Below, in pieces: positions 37,560-48,800 of a stretch of 64,000 bases of DNA (position 1 is the first letter of the stretch; each line of letters starts with the position of its first letter). The stretch lies in IMG/VR virus record IMGVR_UViG_3300046008_000291, positions 64,001 to 128,000 of that record; one strand, 5' to 3'. Both the position numbers and the translations under genes were made by a program. The notes under the pieces were generated by a model that saw only the letters and a list, made by a program, of their open reading frames with translations, searched no databases and was not told where the DNA came from. The DNA comes from a virus.

Positions 37560-38445
37560 CTGCTCCGTGTCCGCCACCACCCCACGAACCACCGCCTTGA
37601 TTCTGTCTAGTATAACTAGGTGCAAAGTTATTCATCTCTAAGATGTCATCACGAATGTTTTGATTACGCTTTTCGATGTTTAGCACACGGGTGAAGCTGT
37701 TAGTGATAGCTGCTGTGTAATAGGCAAACGGATTGTCTGATTTACTTTCGTCAAACTGTAGGCCAATTTGACTTAGTTGTAATAATGCCTGACTGCGCAT
37801 TTCGTCATTGTAGGTGTACCCACGCCAGTTACTACGAGTAGCATAACGTTCACATAGCTTAACAAACATATGAGCTAACTTAGCAGTCATCTGACCGTGA
37901 TCTCTACTGAATTTACCAGTTTCTAAATCGCCCTTCCAGTGACTCTTGCCTACTATAACAGGAGTTAATTCTTCAGTTACTGAATAATGAAAGAATGGGG
38001 GAAAGTTTAGTTTAACGTACTTAGTAGCACCTTTGACCTTAACTGCCGGTTCATCATATTCAGTTTCAAATAAATCCTCATCGTAAGCTTCTTGAGCTTT
38101 GGCATCGGATTTTTTCTGTTTAACTTCGTCGATAGGTATATGTTCCCATGTCATGACACGGAATACAATATCAGTTACTGGAATATTTTCCACAGGAATT
38201 GCAAATTCGTCTAATTTGCGTTTGTTACCTAATAAAAGCTCGGCTTCTTGTGCTTCTTTAGCTAACCTAGTTGCACGTGTTGCTCTTGCTTCTGCTACGG
38301 ATTTTTTGTTTATTGCACTAACATTTGATACAATAGCATCGTATACGGTTACTTCTTTATTAATGAAGCTACAATATGCTAATTTACTTTTTGCTATTTC
38401 TTTTAATATGTCTTTGTTGTTGAGATAATTAATTTTACGAGCCAC
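37552..38445 (-). CDS. gp55: Late-transcription sigma factor (GTG start)
   Basis: NYLNNKDIL, NWRGYTYNDEMRSQA, FDESKSDNPFAYYT..ITNSF.RVLNIEKR.Q. Confidence 0.92.
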   Translation of the reverse strand: MARKINYLNNKDILKEIAKSKLAYCSFINKEVTVYDAIVSNVSAINKKSVAEARATRATRLAKEAQEAELLLGNKRKLDEFAIPVENIPVTDIVFRVMTWEHIPIDEVKQKKSDAKAQEAYDEDLFETEYDEPAVKVKGATKYVKLNFPPFFHYSVTEELTPVIVGKSHWKGDLETGKFSRDHGQMTAKLAHMFVKLCERYATRSNWRGYTYNDEMRSQALLQLSQIGLQFDESKSDNPFAYYTAAITNSFTRVLNIEKRNQNIRDDILEMNNFAPSYTRQNQGGGSWGGGGHGADE

Positions 38446-38466
38446 AGTGTTTGGTTCCTTTTAATT

Positions 38467-38496
38467 AGTATAACATAATAGCATTGCACTATACAA
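38467..38496 (-). promoter_or_regulatory. Sigma70-type promoter TTGTAT-N18-TATACT (TG-extended -10) for gp55
   Basis: Hexamers at 38491-96 and 38467-72; a CATAAATA late motif lies just upstream. Confidence 0.55.
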
Positions 38497-38539
38497 CCTA
38501 TTTATGCGGACAATCTTTAACTGCTACTATTTCTCCGGT

Positions 38540-38547
38540 AATAAATA
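38540..38547 (+). promoter_or_regulatory. Late promoter (AATAAATA-CACTATAAC) for the baseplate operon
   Basis: Same extended consensus as at 8281, 10799, 26823, 45819 and 49221. Confidence 0.75.
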
Positions 38548-38570
38548 CACTATAACACAGAGGTTTTATT

Positions 38571-39809
38571 ATGGCTCTAAATCCTACAGACGCACCCGTA
38601 TACGACAATAGAGGCGGATATGTACCAGGTCAAGTCGAATCCACTAATGGTGGATACGATCCTTATGCTCCACAAAACTACACTGGCGCTTATGCTCCAA
38701 GTTTTGCCGGTGGGTATAATGGCGAACAAGTATTAAGCAGTGGTGGCGGATATAATCCCAGTAACCCAAGCGCATACTTAACTGGTACAGATTCAATTGG
38801 CGGCCAAGCTGCAGTATCTGAGAATTACAATCAGGGCGCAGATTTTAGAGGCGGTTTCTACGGAGATCAAGTTGAGGAAAGCGGCGGCGGGCATGATCCA
38901 TCAAAAGATGTCAACTCCTATGAATCAGAAGCCGCAAGACGAAGCCTATTACCAGATAATGCCGCTGCGGCCGCAACAAAAAGTGATCCTTCAATAGCCA
39001 TACAAGATACAAATGCTAGTTCTAGCGGTGCCGCATCGGATGATGACTGGCGAGTACGCATAAGTTTAGCAGACAAAGCAACTATCTTTTACAAAGCAAG
39101 TGGCGCAAGTCCTAATAATCTTATGGCTCCGTTAAGAGAAACTAACGGAGTTATATTTCCGTATACACCGACTATAACAGTATCGCATGTAGCTAATTAC
39201 AGTCCAACTACTCCAGTACACAGTAATTATTCACAACAATTTTACACCAACAGTGAAGTAAGTGACATTACTATCGGTGGAGAATTTACTGTACAAGGCA
39301 TCGATGAAGGAAAATATTTACTAGCGGCTATCTACTTTTTTAGATCAGCTACTAAAATGTTCTTTGGTAGTGGAGCAAATGCAGGTAATCCACCGCCAAT
39401 TGTATTCTTGGATGGATACGGTAGTCACTATTTCCCACATGTGCCTTGTGTGATAACTAACTTTACACACACTATGCCAAACGAAGTTGATTATATACAA
39501 ATTCCAGTAACAACAACTACATTAACAGAGTCAACTGTTACTCCTTCGACTCCTATGAGTGTAGTGAATCAACTTGATAATCAAGGCATGCAATTTGCAC
39601 CACAGTGGGGTAGTAAAAAAGCCACTGCTGAATCGACTGTATCATCTTACAAGACAGTAACATCGTCGACAAGGGTGCCAGCAGTAAGTACGATATCAAT
39701 TACATTGAAACCAATATACAGTCGTAAAAATCTGCACGATAACTTTAATCTTGATGCATTTGCCGCAGGCAGACTAATACAAACTGCTACTACAGGAGGA
39801 TTCCTATAA
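38571..39809 (+). CDS. Baseplate/tail-tube-cap-like protein (gp48/gp54-like tube fold)
   Basis: GVIFPYTPTI.V.H.ANY, ITIGGEFTVQ, GNPPPIVFLDGYG...PCVITNF...P.EVDYI; low-complexity repeated N-terminus. Confidence 0.65.
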   Translation: MALNPTDAPVYDNRGGYVPGQVESTNGGYDPYAPQNYTGAYAPSFAGGYNGEQVLSSGGGYNPSNPSAYLTGTDSIGGQAAVSENYNQGADFRGGFYGDQVEESGGGHDPSKDVNSYESEAARRSLLPDNAAAAATKSDPSIAIQDTNASSSGAASDDDWRVRISLADKATIFYKASGASPNNLMAPLRETNGVIFPYTPTITVSHVANYSPTTPVHSNYSQQFYTNSEVSDITIGGEFTVQGIDEGKYLLAAIYFFRSATKMFFGSGANAGNPPPIVFLDGYGSHYFPHVPCVITNFTHTMPNEVDYIQIPVTTTTLTESTVTPSTPMSVVNQLDNQGMQFAPQWGSKKATAESTVSSYKTVTSSTRVPAVSTISITLKPIYSRKNLHDNFNLDAFAAGRLIQTATTGGFL

Positions 39810-40114
39810 TGTCAGCGGTTACCTATAGTCAAACAAGTCCATATAGCAAAACAGACTCGTATGGATTCTTTTTAGATGTCACAACATTTAGAGATATACC
39901 GGCATTGGCTGCCGATGTAGTATATAGAATTGCTGCAACCTACAAATATCGTCCAGACTTGCTGGCATATGACCTGTATGGTGACAGTGCCTTGTGGTGG
40001 GTGTTTGCTATGCGCAATCCAAACACAATACAGGACCCGGTATTTGATTTCCTGCCAGGTACAACAATATTCATTCCTAAAAAAGAAACAATCATTGCGG
40101 CATTAGGATTATAG
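39809..40114 (+). CDS. gp53: Baseplate wedge protein with LysM-like fold
   Basis: YKYRPDLLAYDLYGDSALWWVFAMRN...DPVFDF.PG..IFIP. Confidence 0.85.
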   Translation: MSAVTYSQTSPYSKTDSYGFFLDVTTFRDIPALAADVVYRIAATYKYRPDLLAYDLYGDSALWWVFAMRNPNTIQDPVFDFLPGTTIFIPKKETIIAALGL

Positions 40115-40117
40115 TAA

Positions 40118-43100
40118 ATGGCACTTACAAAAGCTGAAATAGCTCAGCAAGCTCAACTTAAATTAGTAAATGATTTGTCTGCTGGCACTATAACGCAAGC
40201 ACAATTTCAAGCCGGAATCGCAAAAATAAATGCACAATTGTTAAAAGAACAAGCTCCGACACAAGATACAGTAACAAATAAATTAGCATCTACACCACCT
40301 GCGCCTGCAGGATCAGCAGCGCAGATTAATCAGCAATACACACAATATCAAGTCAAACTAGCAAATGATCTAAAAAGCGGGAAGATAACGCAGACACAAT
40401 TTCAGAACGAATTCGAAAAACTAAGGGCACAACAAAATGCAGCACTATCAAGAGTGCCCGCAGTTTCAAAAACTGAAGATGCAAGAATAGCAAATACGTC
40501 ACCGGCAACCGTTGCTGATGCTACTACATCAACTGCATCAGAAGTTACAAGTGGTGAATCAACAAAAGCAACTACAGCAAATAATAAAAAGAAAAAAGCT
40601 CCTATACCTAATCCGTTACTAGCCTACCCGTCTTATACCTACGGAATAAGTTTAGCATTACTAACAGTTAAAGAATATAATGATATTGTTAGCGATGTTA
40701 AAAATTACCAATCAAATCGCGTTATCATAGCCAGTGCAGGCAGATATAACATCGACGAAGGTGCATCAATGTTTAAACGTGCACCATTCTTTGCTGAAGA
40801 TTTTTACTTTGACAATCTTAATATGACTACGGTAATTGGCCTTAACGATCGTTCACGTTCAACTAATGCAATTAATTTTACATTTACTATTATTGAACCA
40901 TACGGGGTTACCTTATTAAATCGAATTCTTGACCTTAGTGCTGATATTGGTTCGTTGAACTATATAGCACAGCCATATCTATTACAGATTGATTTCTTTG
41001 GCATGAACGACGCTGGTGAGATTGTTGGGATTATCCCCGATCAAACAAAACGTATACCTATTCGTATTTTAAAAATGGATATAAAAGCATCTGCAAAAGG
41101 TGCAGAATATCAAATGGAAGCATGCCCATATAGTCATTCAGCCTATGATCTATCAACAGTTACTACGCCAGCAAACTTTGAAATAACAGCTGGCACGCTT
41201 GAAAGTTTCTTACAAAGCACTGTCGAGGAAACAGCATTTGCTGACGCAAAAAAAGAACGCGAAGGATTAATTGGCAAAAACGGTCAATTTCAACAGGGTG
41301 CCAACGGACTTCTAACAGTCAGGGGAGGAACAGGCGAAGTTGTTCCGTTAACTGCTATAGGAAATGCAAGTGCAGAATCTACTAATTCTATTAGAGGCAA
41401 AGATGCATTCTATAAAGTAAAATCATATGGTGGCGCTATTAGTGCATATTATGCAGATCTCGCCGCTAGAGAAAAAACAACAGTTGCTGACAAATACTAC
41501 TTTAAAGTTCACCCAGACATTATTAAAGATGGTGGCACTCAATTTAATCTTAACATTGAAACATTAAGTACAGCACAAACACCCATGGCCAGCGAAGAAA
41601 ACGGAATGTCTATTAGGGGCACTCCTGGAAATTTGGATCATGGTATGCGGGTATTTGCAATTAATACAGGTACAAGTATAGATCAAGTTATTGCCTTTGC
41701 AATGCGTCATACCAAGTACTTACAAGGACAAGTACAACCAGTTTCAAAATTTAAAGACGATGCAGAATATAAAAAATATCTTGAATCACAGGCCGATGAG
41801 CCGCTGAAATGGTATAAGGTTGTGCCGACCATAAAGTTAGGTGAATATAATATAACACAAGAAACATGGGCTCGTGAAATTACCTATCATATACTTCCGT
41901 ATACAGTATACAATACAAAAACACGTGAAGGACCGCAGGGAACGTGGACTGAACCGTGTAAACTACATAACTATTGGTACACTGGAAAAAACAATGATGT
42001 ACTTGATTTTAATGTTGAATTTAATGCACTGTATTATACTGCCGTTACGGCATATAGAGAAAACTTATCTAAGACACAGAATCTATTAATAGATGAAACT
42101 ACTAATGCAAAAATTACGCCGGAGTCGAGAGATGCTAATGCAGTAATGCCTCAGGGCAAGAAAAAGATTGTACTAAATTCACAACAACAATCAACAGGCG
42201 GCGCTGTAACAGTTGAAGCAATTGCACTAGCTGATATAGAAGCATCATTGTATACAACAGCCGGTGGCGATATGCTTCAGGCAAAATTAAAAATAATTGG
42301 CGACCCACAGTATATTAAACAAGATGATGTTTTTTATCCACCAGAAATGACTGTATTGTCGGATCAAGTTGATGGAACAGGAATAGAACCTCGATTAATT
42401 GCCAATGGTAGTCTACGTATGGACCAAGGTGAAATCTATGTACAGATAACAGTTAAAAGTCCAAGCGATATAGATGAAGCAACCGGGTTGATGAAGTTTG
42501 ATTCTAAATATTCAACGAGTTTATTTTCAGGAATGTATCGCATATTAACTGTTGAAAGCACATTCACCGGCGGAAAATTTGAACAAACATTGGATGTGGT
42601 ACGCTTACCTCGACAAACATCACTTGAACCAAAATATCCCTCAAAAACTGCTAATAAAGAACGTGAAGTTGAAGCAGTAACTCCGGCACCAACCGATGTA
42701 GCCGCGGCTAATGTTGCATCTACTGCAACAACAACCGGTGATGATAAAGCACCGGGTAGTGCACCAGTCGAAGATACTACACCACCAGTGCAAACTGCTG
42801 AAGAAAAGGCGTTAGCCAAAGTTGACGCAACTGCACCAGAGACTGCAATAACTACACAAACAGAACCAGTAGCAATACCGAGCCCAGTTCCACCAAGTGC
42901 AGAGAAATTAGCATTAAAAGCTACATCAGATCAAGCCAGAGCCGCAAGAGATCAGGCACAATCTGCAGCAAATGCTGCGTTAGATGCAGTTGCGCAAATT
43001 GAATCTAGAATTGAGACTATACGTGCTAACCTTGATAGATATCCCGACAGAGTAGCACGGGGAGTATTAACACAAGCCGAAGCTGACCCATTAATTGCTA

Positions 43101-43237
43101 ATAATCAACAATCCTTGGCTCTAGCACAGAATCAGTTAGCAACTGCACAAGCTAAGTATGCACCTTTAGATGCAGCCAATAAAGCCGCACAAACTGCATA
43201 CGTTAACGCATTAGATGCATATACAAGAGCGGCTTAA
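40118..43237 (+). CDS. Baseplate hub protein (gp27/late-control-D-like position) with long terminal extensions
   Basis: FTIIEPYGVTLL.R, YLLQIDFFG, YWYTGKNNDVLDF, KIIGDPQYIKQD, FSGMYRILTVESTF.GGKFEQTL; lies between gp53 and gp5. Confidence 0.6.
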   Translation: MALTKAEIAQQAQLKLVNDLSAGTITQAQFQAGIAKINAQLLKEQAPTQDTVTNKLASTPPAPAGSAAQINQQYTQYQVKLANDLKSGKITQTQFQNEFEKLRAQQNAALSRVPAVSKTEDARIANTSPATVADATTSTASEVTSGESTKATTANNKKKKAPIPNPLLAYPSYTYGISLALLTVKEYNDIVSDVKNYQSNRVIIASAGRYNIDEGASMFKRAPFFAEDFYFDNLNMTTVIGLNDRSRSTNAINFTFTIIEPYGVTLLNRILDLSADIGSLNYIAQPYLLQIDFFGMNDAGEIVGIIPDQTKRIPIRILKMDIKASAKGAEYQMEACPYSHSAYDLSTVTTPANFEITAGTLESFLQSTVEETAFADAKKEREGLIGKNGQFQQGANGLLTVRGGTGEVVPLTAIGNASAESTNSIRGKDAFYKVKSYGGAISAYYADLAAREKTTVADKYYFKVHPDIIKDGGTQFNLNIETLSTAQTPMASEENGMSIRGTPGNLDHGMRVFAINTGTSIDQVIAFAMRHTKYLQGQVQPVSKFKDDAEYKKYLESQADEPLKWYKVVPTIKLGEYNITQETWAREITYHILPYTVYNTKTREGPQGTWTEPCKLHNYWYTGKNNDVLDFNVEFNALYYTAVTAYRENLSKTQNLLIDETTNAKITPESRDANAVMPQGKKKIVLNSQQQSTGGAVTVEAIALADIEASLYTTAGGDMLQAKLKIIGDPQYIKQDDVFYPPEMTVLSDQVDGTGIEPRLIANGSLRMDQGEIYVQITVKSPSDIDEATGLMKFDSKYSTSLFSGMYRILTVESTFTGGKFEQTLDVVRLPRQTSLEPKYPSKTANKEREVEAVTPAPTDVAAANVASTATTTGDDKAPGSAPVEDTTPPVQTAEEKALAKVDATAPETAITTQTEPVAIPSPVPPSAEKLALKATSDQARAARDQAQSAANAALDAVAQIESRIETIRANLDRYPDRVARGVLTQAEADPLIANNQQSLALAQNQLATAQAKYAPLDAANKAAQTAYVNALDAYTRAA

Positions 43238-43259
43238 TCAAAAATAAGGAAAGTAATAA

Positions 43260-45398
43260 ATGGCAATAGATCACAGAGTCGGTAGTAAAGTAGTTAAGCA
43301 TCTGCGCAGAGAAGATGCTGCCGCCACTAGAGTTGACCCGCACCCATACATTGGTATTGTTAAAAACAATCTTGACCCAACACGTGCCGGCCGACTACAA
43401 GTATGGGTTCCGGATTTAGGTGGCGACCCAGATGCACCATCAAATTGGCGCACAGTTAGCTATGCTAGTCCGTTTATGGGCACAACTGATATCGCATCAA
43501 AATATGCAAACAAACCCAATAGTGATAATAAATTTGTAAATGTTCCACATACCTACGGTATGTGGATGGTGCCACCTGACATCGGTGTTGAAGTAATCGT
43601 AATATTCATCGCAGGTGACCCGTTACGTGGATATTTTATTGCCTGTGTTAACTCGCATGTCAGTAGACACATGATGCCTGGTTTAGCCAGCAGTAATAAG
43701 ATTGATACATCGGGCGCATCGGCAGATACTAAAAAATCATATCAAAATGGGATTACTGCTCCAGTAGCAGAGTATAACGAAAATGATCTTACAGCTAGAT
43801 CAAATCCAAACTTTATTGACAATCCTAAACCAATACATGAACAACAATATAGTATATTAAAAACACAAGGGTTAGATAGAGATACTGCTCGCGGCACAAT
43901 TACCAGTAGTAGCCAACGTGAGAGCCCCAGTAATGTTTTTGGTATTAGCACACCTGGCCGACCGTATGCAGATGATCCGGCTAATAATCGCGAAGCATAT
44001 CTTGCCAAACAAAAAGCCGGAACCTTAACTGAAGACGATTATCGTTTTTCAACTCGTGTAGGCGGCCACACGTTTGTCATGGATGACGGTGCTGTAACGG
44101 GTGAAAATCAATTAGTAAGATTGCGTACTGCTGGTGGTCATCAGATAATGATGAATGACACTGCGACTGACAATACTTTGTATATCTCGCATAGTGATGG
44201 TACAAGCTGGGTCGAATTAACTAAAGACGGTGCGGTCAATATCTATACAAATAATGGGTTTAATGTAAGAAGTGAAGGGTCTATTAATTTACATTCAGAC
44301 AATAATATAAACCTTAATGCCGCTAATAAAATAAACATGAAATCAGGCAGTAAATTTCAAATTGACTGTGGTAGTTTTAACATGTTGTCTACTGGAGTAG
44401 TTACTGTTGGAGCGAACGGTACTATAGGACTACAAAGTGATTCACCTGTTAACATCGACGCCGCAAGTATATCAATGAAGGCAGCCGGAGATATTGCTCA
44501 CACTGGTGAATTGATAAAACAAAACAGCGGCGGCGCACAGTCAGTTAATAAGCCAAAAGAAATACAAATTAATAATTTGTCGGATGTGGTACTTAATTCA
44601 ACAGTTGGCTTATATACCAGCACCGGTAGTTTATCTTCGATAGTCACAGTTGCTCCTACGCACGAACCATATAGACGAAGTGCGCCATTGCCGTTTGCAG
44701 CGGCAGAATCAATTGGACAACAACCTGCTGAAACATATACAGGTAAGACTGATGCAACTAAAACAGCCGCCGGCATAGGAGTTAAAAATCCAGCCACCGA
44801 AGTTGATCTACGAAATCAACCTACCACTGACTGTTCAATTGGCGGTCTAACTTCTGCACAAATGACAGCGTACTATGCAGTTATAGGTAAAAGCGAAAGC
44901 GGATCTCCCGGACGTGGTGGACAAGCAAACGGTGAAAGCGGATATCGATGTATCAATAGTATCGGGTTCGTGGGGAAATATCAATTTGGATATCCTGCAT
45001 TACAGGATGCCAAACATGTTAAAATGTCCTGCGGTAGTAATGCACAGTTACGCAACCCAAATAACTGGATTGGCAAAGACGGCATTGATAGCTTAGAAAA
45101 ATTCCTAAACAGTCCAGCCATACAAGAAGCTGAGATGTGTGCTTATACCAAACGCAACTACAAAACATTATGTAATATTGGTACTGTGACTAAAGATACT
45201 CCTCTCGAAGATGTAGCGGGATTATTAGCAGTAAGTCACCTACTAGGCGCTGGCGGTGCTAAACAATGGCGCGGCGGTAGTGGTAAAACAGATGCTTTTG
45301 GTACTACCGGCGACAATTATTTTGCCAAAGGCAAATATGCTGTTGCAGTACTAGGACCAAAAATGGCCACACTAGATCAACCAATTAAATCCACATAA
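43260..45398 (+). CDS. gp5: Baseplate central spike with C-terminal lysozyme-like domain
   Basis: OB-fold GIVKNNLDPTRAGRLQVWVP...GMWMVPPDIGVEV, GGHTFVMDDG...RLRTAGGHQI, beta-helix repeats, then KSESGS..Y...N.IG..GKYQFG...HLLGAG. Confidence 0.85.
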   Translation: MAIDHRVGSKVVKHLRREDAAATRVDPHPYIGIVKNNLDPTRAGRLQVWVPDLGGDPDAPSNWRTVSYASPFMGTTDIASKYANKPNSDNKFVNVPHTYGMWMVPPDIGVEVIVIFIAGDPLRGYFIACVNSHVSRHMMPGLASSNKIDTSGASADTKKSYQNGITAPVAEYNENDLTARSNPNFIDNPKPIHEQQYSILKTQGLDRDTARGTITSSSQRESPSNVFGISTPGRPYADDPANNREAYLAKQKAGTLTEDDYRFSTRVGGHTFVMDDGAVTGENQLVRLRTAGGHQIMMNDTATDNTLYISHSDGTSWVELTKDGAVNIYTNNGFNVRSEGSINLHSDNNINLNAANKINMKSGSKFQIDCGSFNMLSTGVVTVGANGTIGLQSDSPVNIDAASISMKAAGDIAHTGELIKQNSGGAQSVNKPKEIQINNLSDVVLNSTVGLYTSTGSLSSIVTVAPTHEPYRRSAPLPFAAAESIGQQPAETYTGKTDATKTAAGIGVKNPATEVDLRNQPTTDCSIGGLTSAQMTAYYAVIGKSESGSPGRGGQANGESGYRCINSIGFVGKYQFGYPALQDAKHVKMSCGSNAQLRNPNNWIGKDGIDSLEKFLNSPAIQEAEMCAYTKRNYKTLCNIGTVTKDTPLEDVAGLLAVSHLLGAGGAKQWRGGSGKTDAFGTTGDNYFAKGKYAVAVLGPKMATLDQPIKST

Positions 45399-45404
45399 CC
45401 CTAG

Positions 45405-45412
45405 GATAAATA
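45405..45412 (+). promoter_or_regulatory. Late promoter (GATAAATA), 5 nt before the gp25 ATG
   Basis: Direct reading. Confidence 0.65.
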
Positions 45413-45417
45413 TTATT

Positions 45418-45795
45418 ATGGCTATTTTATATAAAGGTTTCTCAACAGTAGGCAGAAATAAAAAGTTTCGTCTAACTGACTTTGAGTTAATTAAACAAGA
45501 TTTAATCAATCACTTTCAAATCCGCAAAGGTGAGAAGCTGATGAATCCTAATTTTGGCACTATTATATGGAACGTCTTATATGATCCGTTTACTCCTGAA
45601 CTTAAAAGTGCTATCATAGCCGACATTAAAGCAATTGCTGCCTATGACCCACGTGTGTCGATCGATAATGTTATTGTTACTGAGTATGAAACAGGCATTC
45701 AAATCGAACTTGAACTACGCTATCTACAGACAAATCAAACAAATCTAATGAATCTAAGATTCAACAATCAAAGCAGAACACTTACCGCAAACTAA
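45418..45795 (+). CDS. gp25: Baseplate wedge subunit
   Basis: LIKQDLINHF..RKGEKLMNPNFGT.IW..LYDP...DPRV. Confidence 0.92.
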   Translation: MAILYKGFSTVGRNKKFRLTDFELIKQDLINHFQIRKGEKLMNPNFGTIIWNVLYDPFTPELKSAIIADIKAIAAYDPRVSIDNVIVTEYETGIQIELELRYLQTNQTNLMNLRFNNQSRTLTAN

Positions 45796-45818
45796 TAAAC
45801 TACGTACTTTTTTCCTTA

Positions 45819-45826
45819 AATAAATA
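45819..45826 (+). promoter_or_regulatory. Late promoter (AATAAATA-CATTATAAC) for gp6
   Basis: Direct reading; extended consensus. Confidence 0.72.
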
Positions 45827-45846
45827 CATTATAACAGGAAATTAGT

Positions 45847-48800
45847 ATGGCTATTACCACAAGACAAACCGGTTTATTAGTTGCTGAAGATTGGACTCGC
45901 GTCTATCAAACTTTCCGCAATGCAGACTTCCAAAGCTACGATTATGAAACACTTCGTAAGTCGATGATTGATTATTTGCGCTTATACTATCCGGAAGATT
46001 TCAATGACTTTATTGAATCAAGTGAGTTCATTGCTCTAATAGATTTAATTGCATTCTTAGGACAAAGTCTAGCATTCCGCGGCGATTTAAATGCTCGTGA
46101 AAACTTTATGGACACTGCACAACGTCGTGACAGTATTCTTAAACTTGCTAAACTAATTTCTTATAATCCTAAACGTAATATTCCTGCTAGCGGACTTTTA
46201 AAAGTTGACAGTGTAAGTACAACTGAAACTGTCTACGACAGTAACGGTATTAATTTATCCGGTTTAGTAATTTCGTGGGCAGACTCAGCCAATGACAATT
46301 GGTACGAGCAATTTACCGCGGTGATCAATGCAGGATTAATGTCAGCTCAATCTATAGGTAAACCTAGCAACAGTCAATTGATTAATGGTATAATCAATGA
46401 CGAATATCAGATAAATTTAGTATCAAGCATCATTGCAACCTACAGTTTTACAACTAAAATTGAAGGCACAACTACTAAGTTTGAAATGACTAGCCCAACA
46501 AGTGCCGGTAAAACTTATATATACGAAAGTGCACCTCGTCAAAATCAACCATTTAATTTACTTTACAAAAATGATAACTTGGGCAATACCAGTGCAAATA
46601 CTGGATTCTTTACCTACTTCAAACAGGGCGAATTAAAATCACTTGATTTTACATTCCAAGAAAGTACACCAAATCGTGTGTATAGTGTCAATGTTGACAA
46701 TATCAATAACACTGATATATGGTTATACAGTTTAAATGCACAGGGCTTGCCAAATGCCTTATGGACACAGGTTCCAGCAGTAAACAACACCAATGTTATC
46801 TATAATAAAAGTACTAATAAATCTATATTCCAAGTCAACACTAGAGCCAGTGATCAAATTGATCTAGTATTTGGTGATGGTGCCTTTGCTAACATTCCAC
46901 AGGGCAATTATAGACTGTACTACCGTGTGAGTAATGGTGCTGATTATAAAATCACCCCAGATGAAATGCAGGGAATAGTTGTACCAGTTAATTATACAAG
47001 CCGTAGTGGCAGAGTTGAAACCTTGACTATTCGTGCTAGCCTGCGCTACACTGTGGCTAATGCTAGCTCACGTGAATCGCTGGAAGAAATACGTCAGAAA
47101 GCACCTCAACAATACTATACACAAGATCGTATGGTAACAGGCGAAGATTACAACATCTTACCTTACACATTGTTCAGTAACATACTTAAAGTTAAAGCAG
47201 TTAACCGTACAAGTTCTGGTATTAGTCGTTACTTAGATGTTATTGATACAACTGGAAAATATTCAAGTACTAACATCTTTGCAGATGACGGTGTATTATA
47301 TCGTGATCCGTTTGTAGGTACGTTTTCCTTTGATTATAACACAAAGAATGATATTTACAAAGCAATCTATAACAAAGTGAAACCCGTGGCGTCAGCACAA
47401 GAAACACTACATTTTTTCTATAGTAAATATCCTACTATCGTTATCAGTGACACACAGTGGCATTATTCAACAACAGTGGCCAACGGATCGACTGGTTATC
47501 TAGTTAATGCATCAGACATCATATTACAAGTTGGTGATGTAGTTGCTAATAATAACAAATACATAAAACAAAGTTCTATAATTAAATTCTCAGCAGGCAC
47601 TGGCAACTATTTTGATTCACGAAATACTATTGTATATAATGATACTCCGAGCAAGCCAGGCGACAAATATTTTATATATGCATCAGTTCAACAGATTGTT
47701 GGTGATGGAACCAATGGGGGCCTGGGTAATTTAGCCAATGGCTCTGGTCCGATTATCCTGGGCGAACAAGTGCCCGATGGTGCTATAGCTGTTGCAGTAT
47801 ATGCGGTGTTAAATACTGAATTTTCAACTGCGCTAGTGGATAGCATAGTAGGTTATGTACAGTCATATCAAGATTTTGGTCTGCGTTATGATATTGACAC
47901 TACATCATGGAAATTAATATTACCTAGTAATTTAAACACAGGTGATTTTAGTCTAACTGATGCAGGAAATACCAGTGGCGCCGCTTTAGATGCTAGTTGG
48001 TTGATCCGTTTTAAAACAGTAGGACAAACTTACACTGTGCTATATCGTGGACTTAATTATGTATTTGAAAGTGTAAAAGAAACTAATTTCTACTTTGACA
48101 ATACAGTTAAAGTGTTTGACCCTAAAACAGGTCTTACTGTACATGATAACATTAAAGTATTAAAGGTAAACGCCAATCCCGATGATTCAAATCCTCTAGC
48201 ATTGGATTATACATGGTACATTTATAAAAATATTATTGAAGTTGATGGTTACGAAAATCCTAATAAAATATTAGTTACGTTTTCTGATATAGATACCAAT
48301 GGTATATTAGATAATCCAGAATTGTTTGAATTAATTGTTAGCCCGGATGTTGATAGCAATAGCAAATATGTATACTTTCAAGCAACCTATGGATATGATA
48401 ATTTTGTTACACAAACGCTTGTCAGCAACGATCTTATCAATTCCTCTTATGCAACCCTGATAGCAGCGCAGGCAGTTAGTCAAACTTGGCCTATTGGACA
48501 ATTATTTTATATTGCAGCTGAGAATAAATTTTATCAGTCTGATGCAACCTACGTATTATCTGAGGTAACCGGATATACTGCTAAAGTTGGTCGTCAAGAT
48601 ATATATTTCCAATATCGTCATAATAGCCCTAACTATCGTCGTATCGATCCAAGCCCAAATAATATTATTGACTTGTATCTATTAACAAAACAATACGCCA
48701 CTGATTATACTGCATGGATACAGGATACTACAGGTGTAGTCGCTGAGCCAACGGCTCCAACCGTTGATGCATTGAGTACAGAGTTTAGTAGTTTGGAAAA

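Noticed and set aside
37560-37625. Longer start of the radical SAM ORF given in the ORF track (and likewise the extended starts at 31868 and 19184)
   Set aside because: Extensions overlap the upstream gene or lack an RBS; internal ATGs with proper coupling or RBS were preferred.
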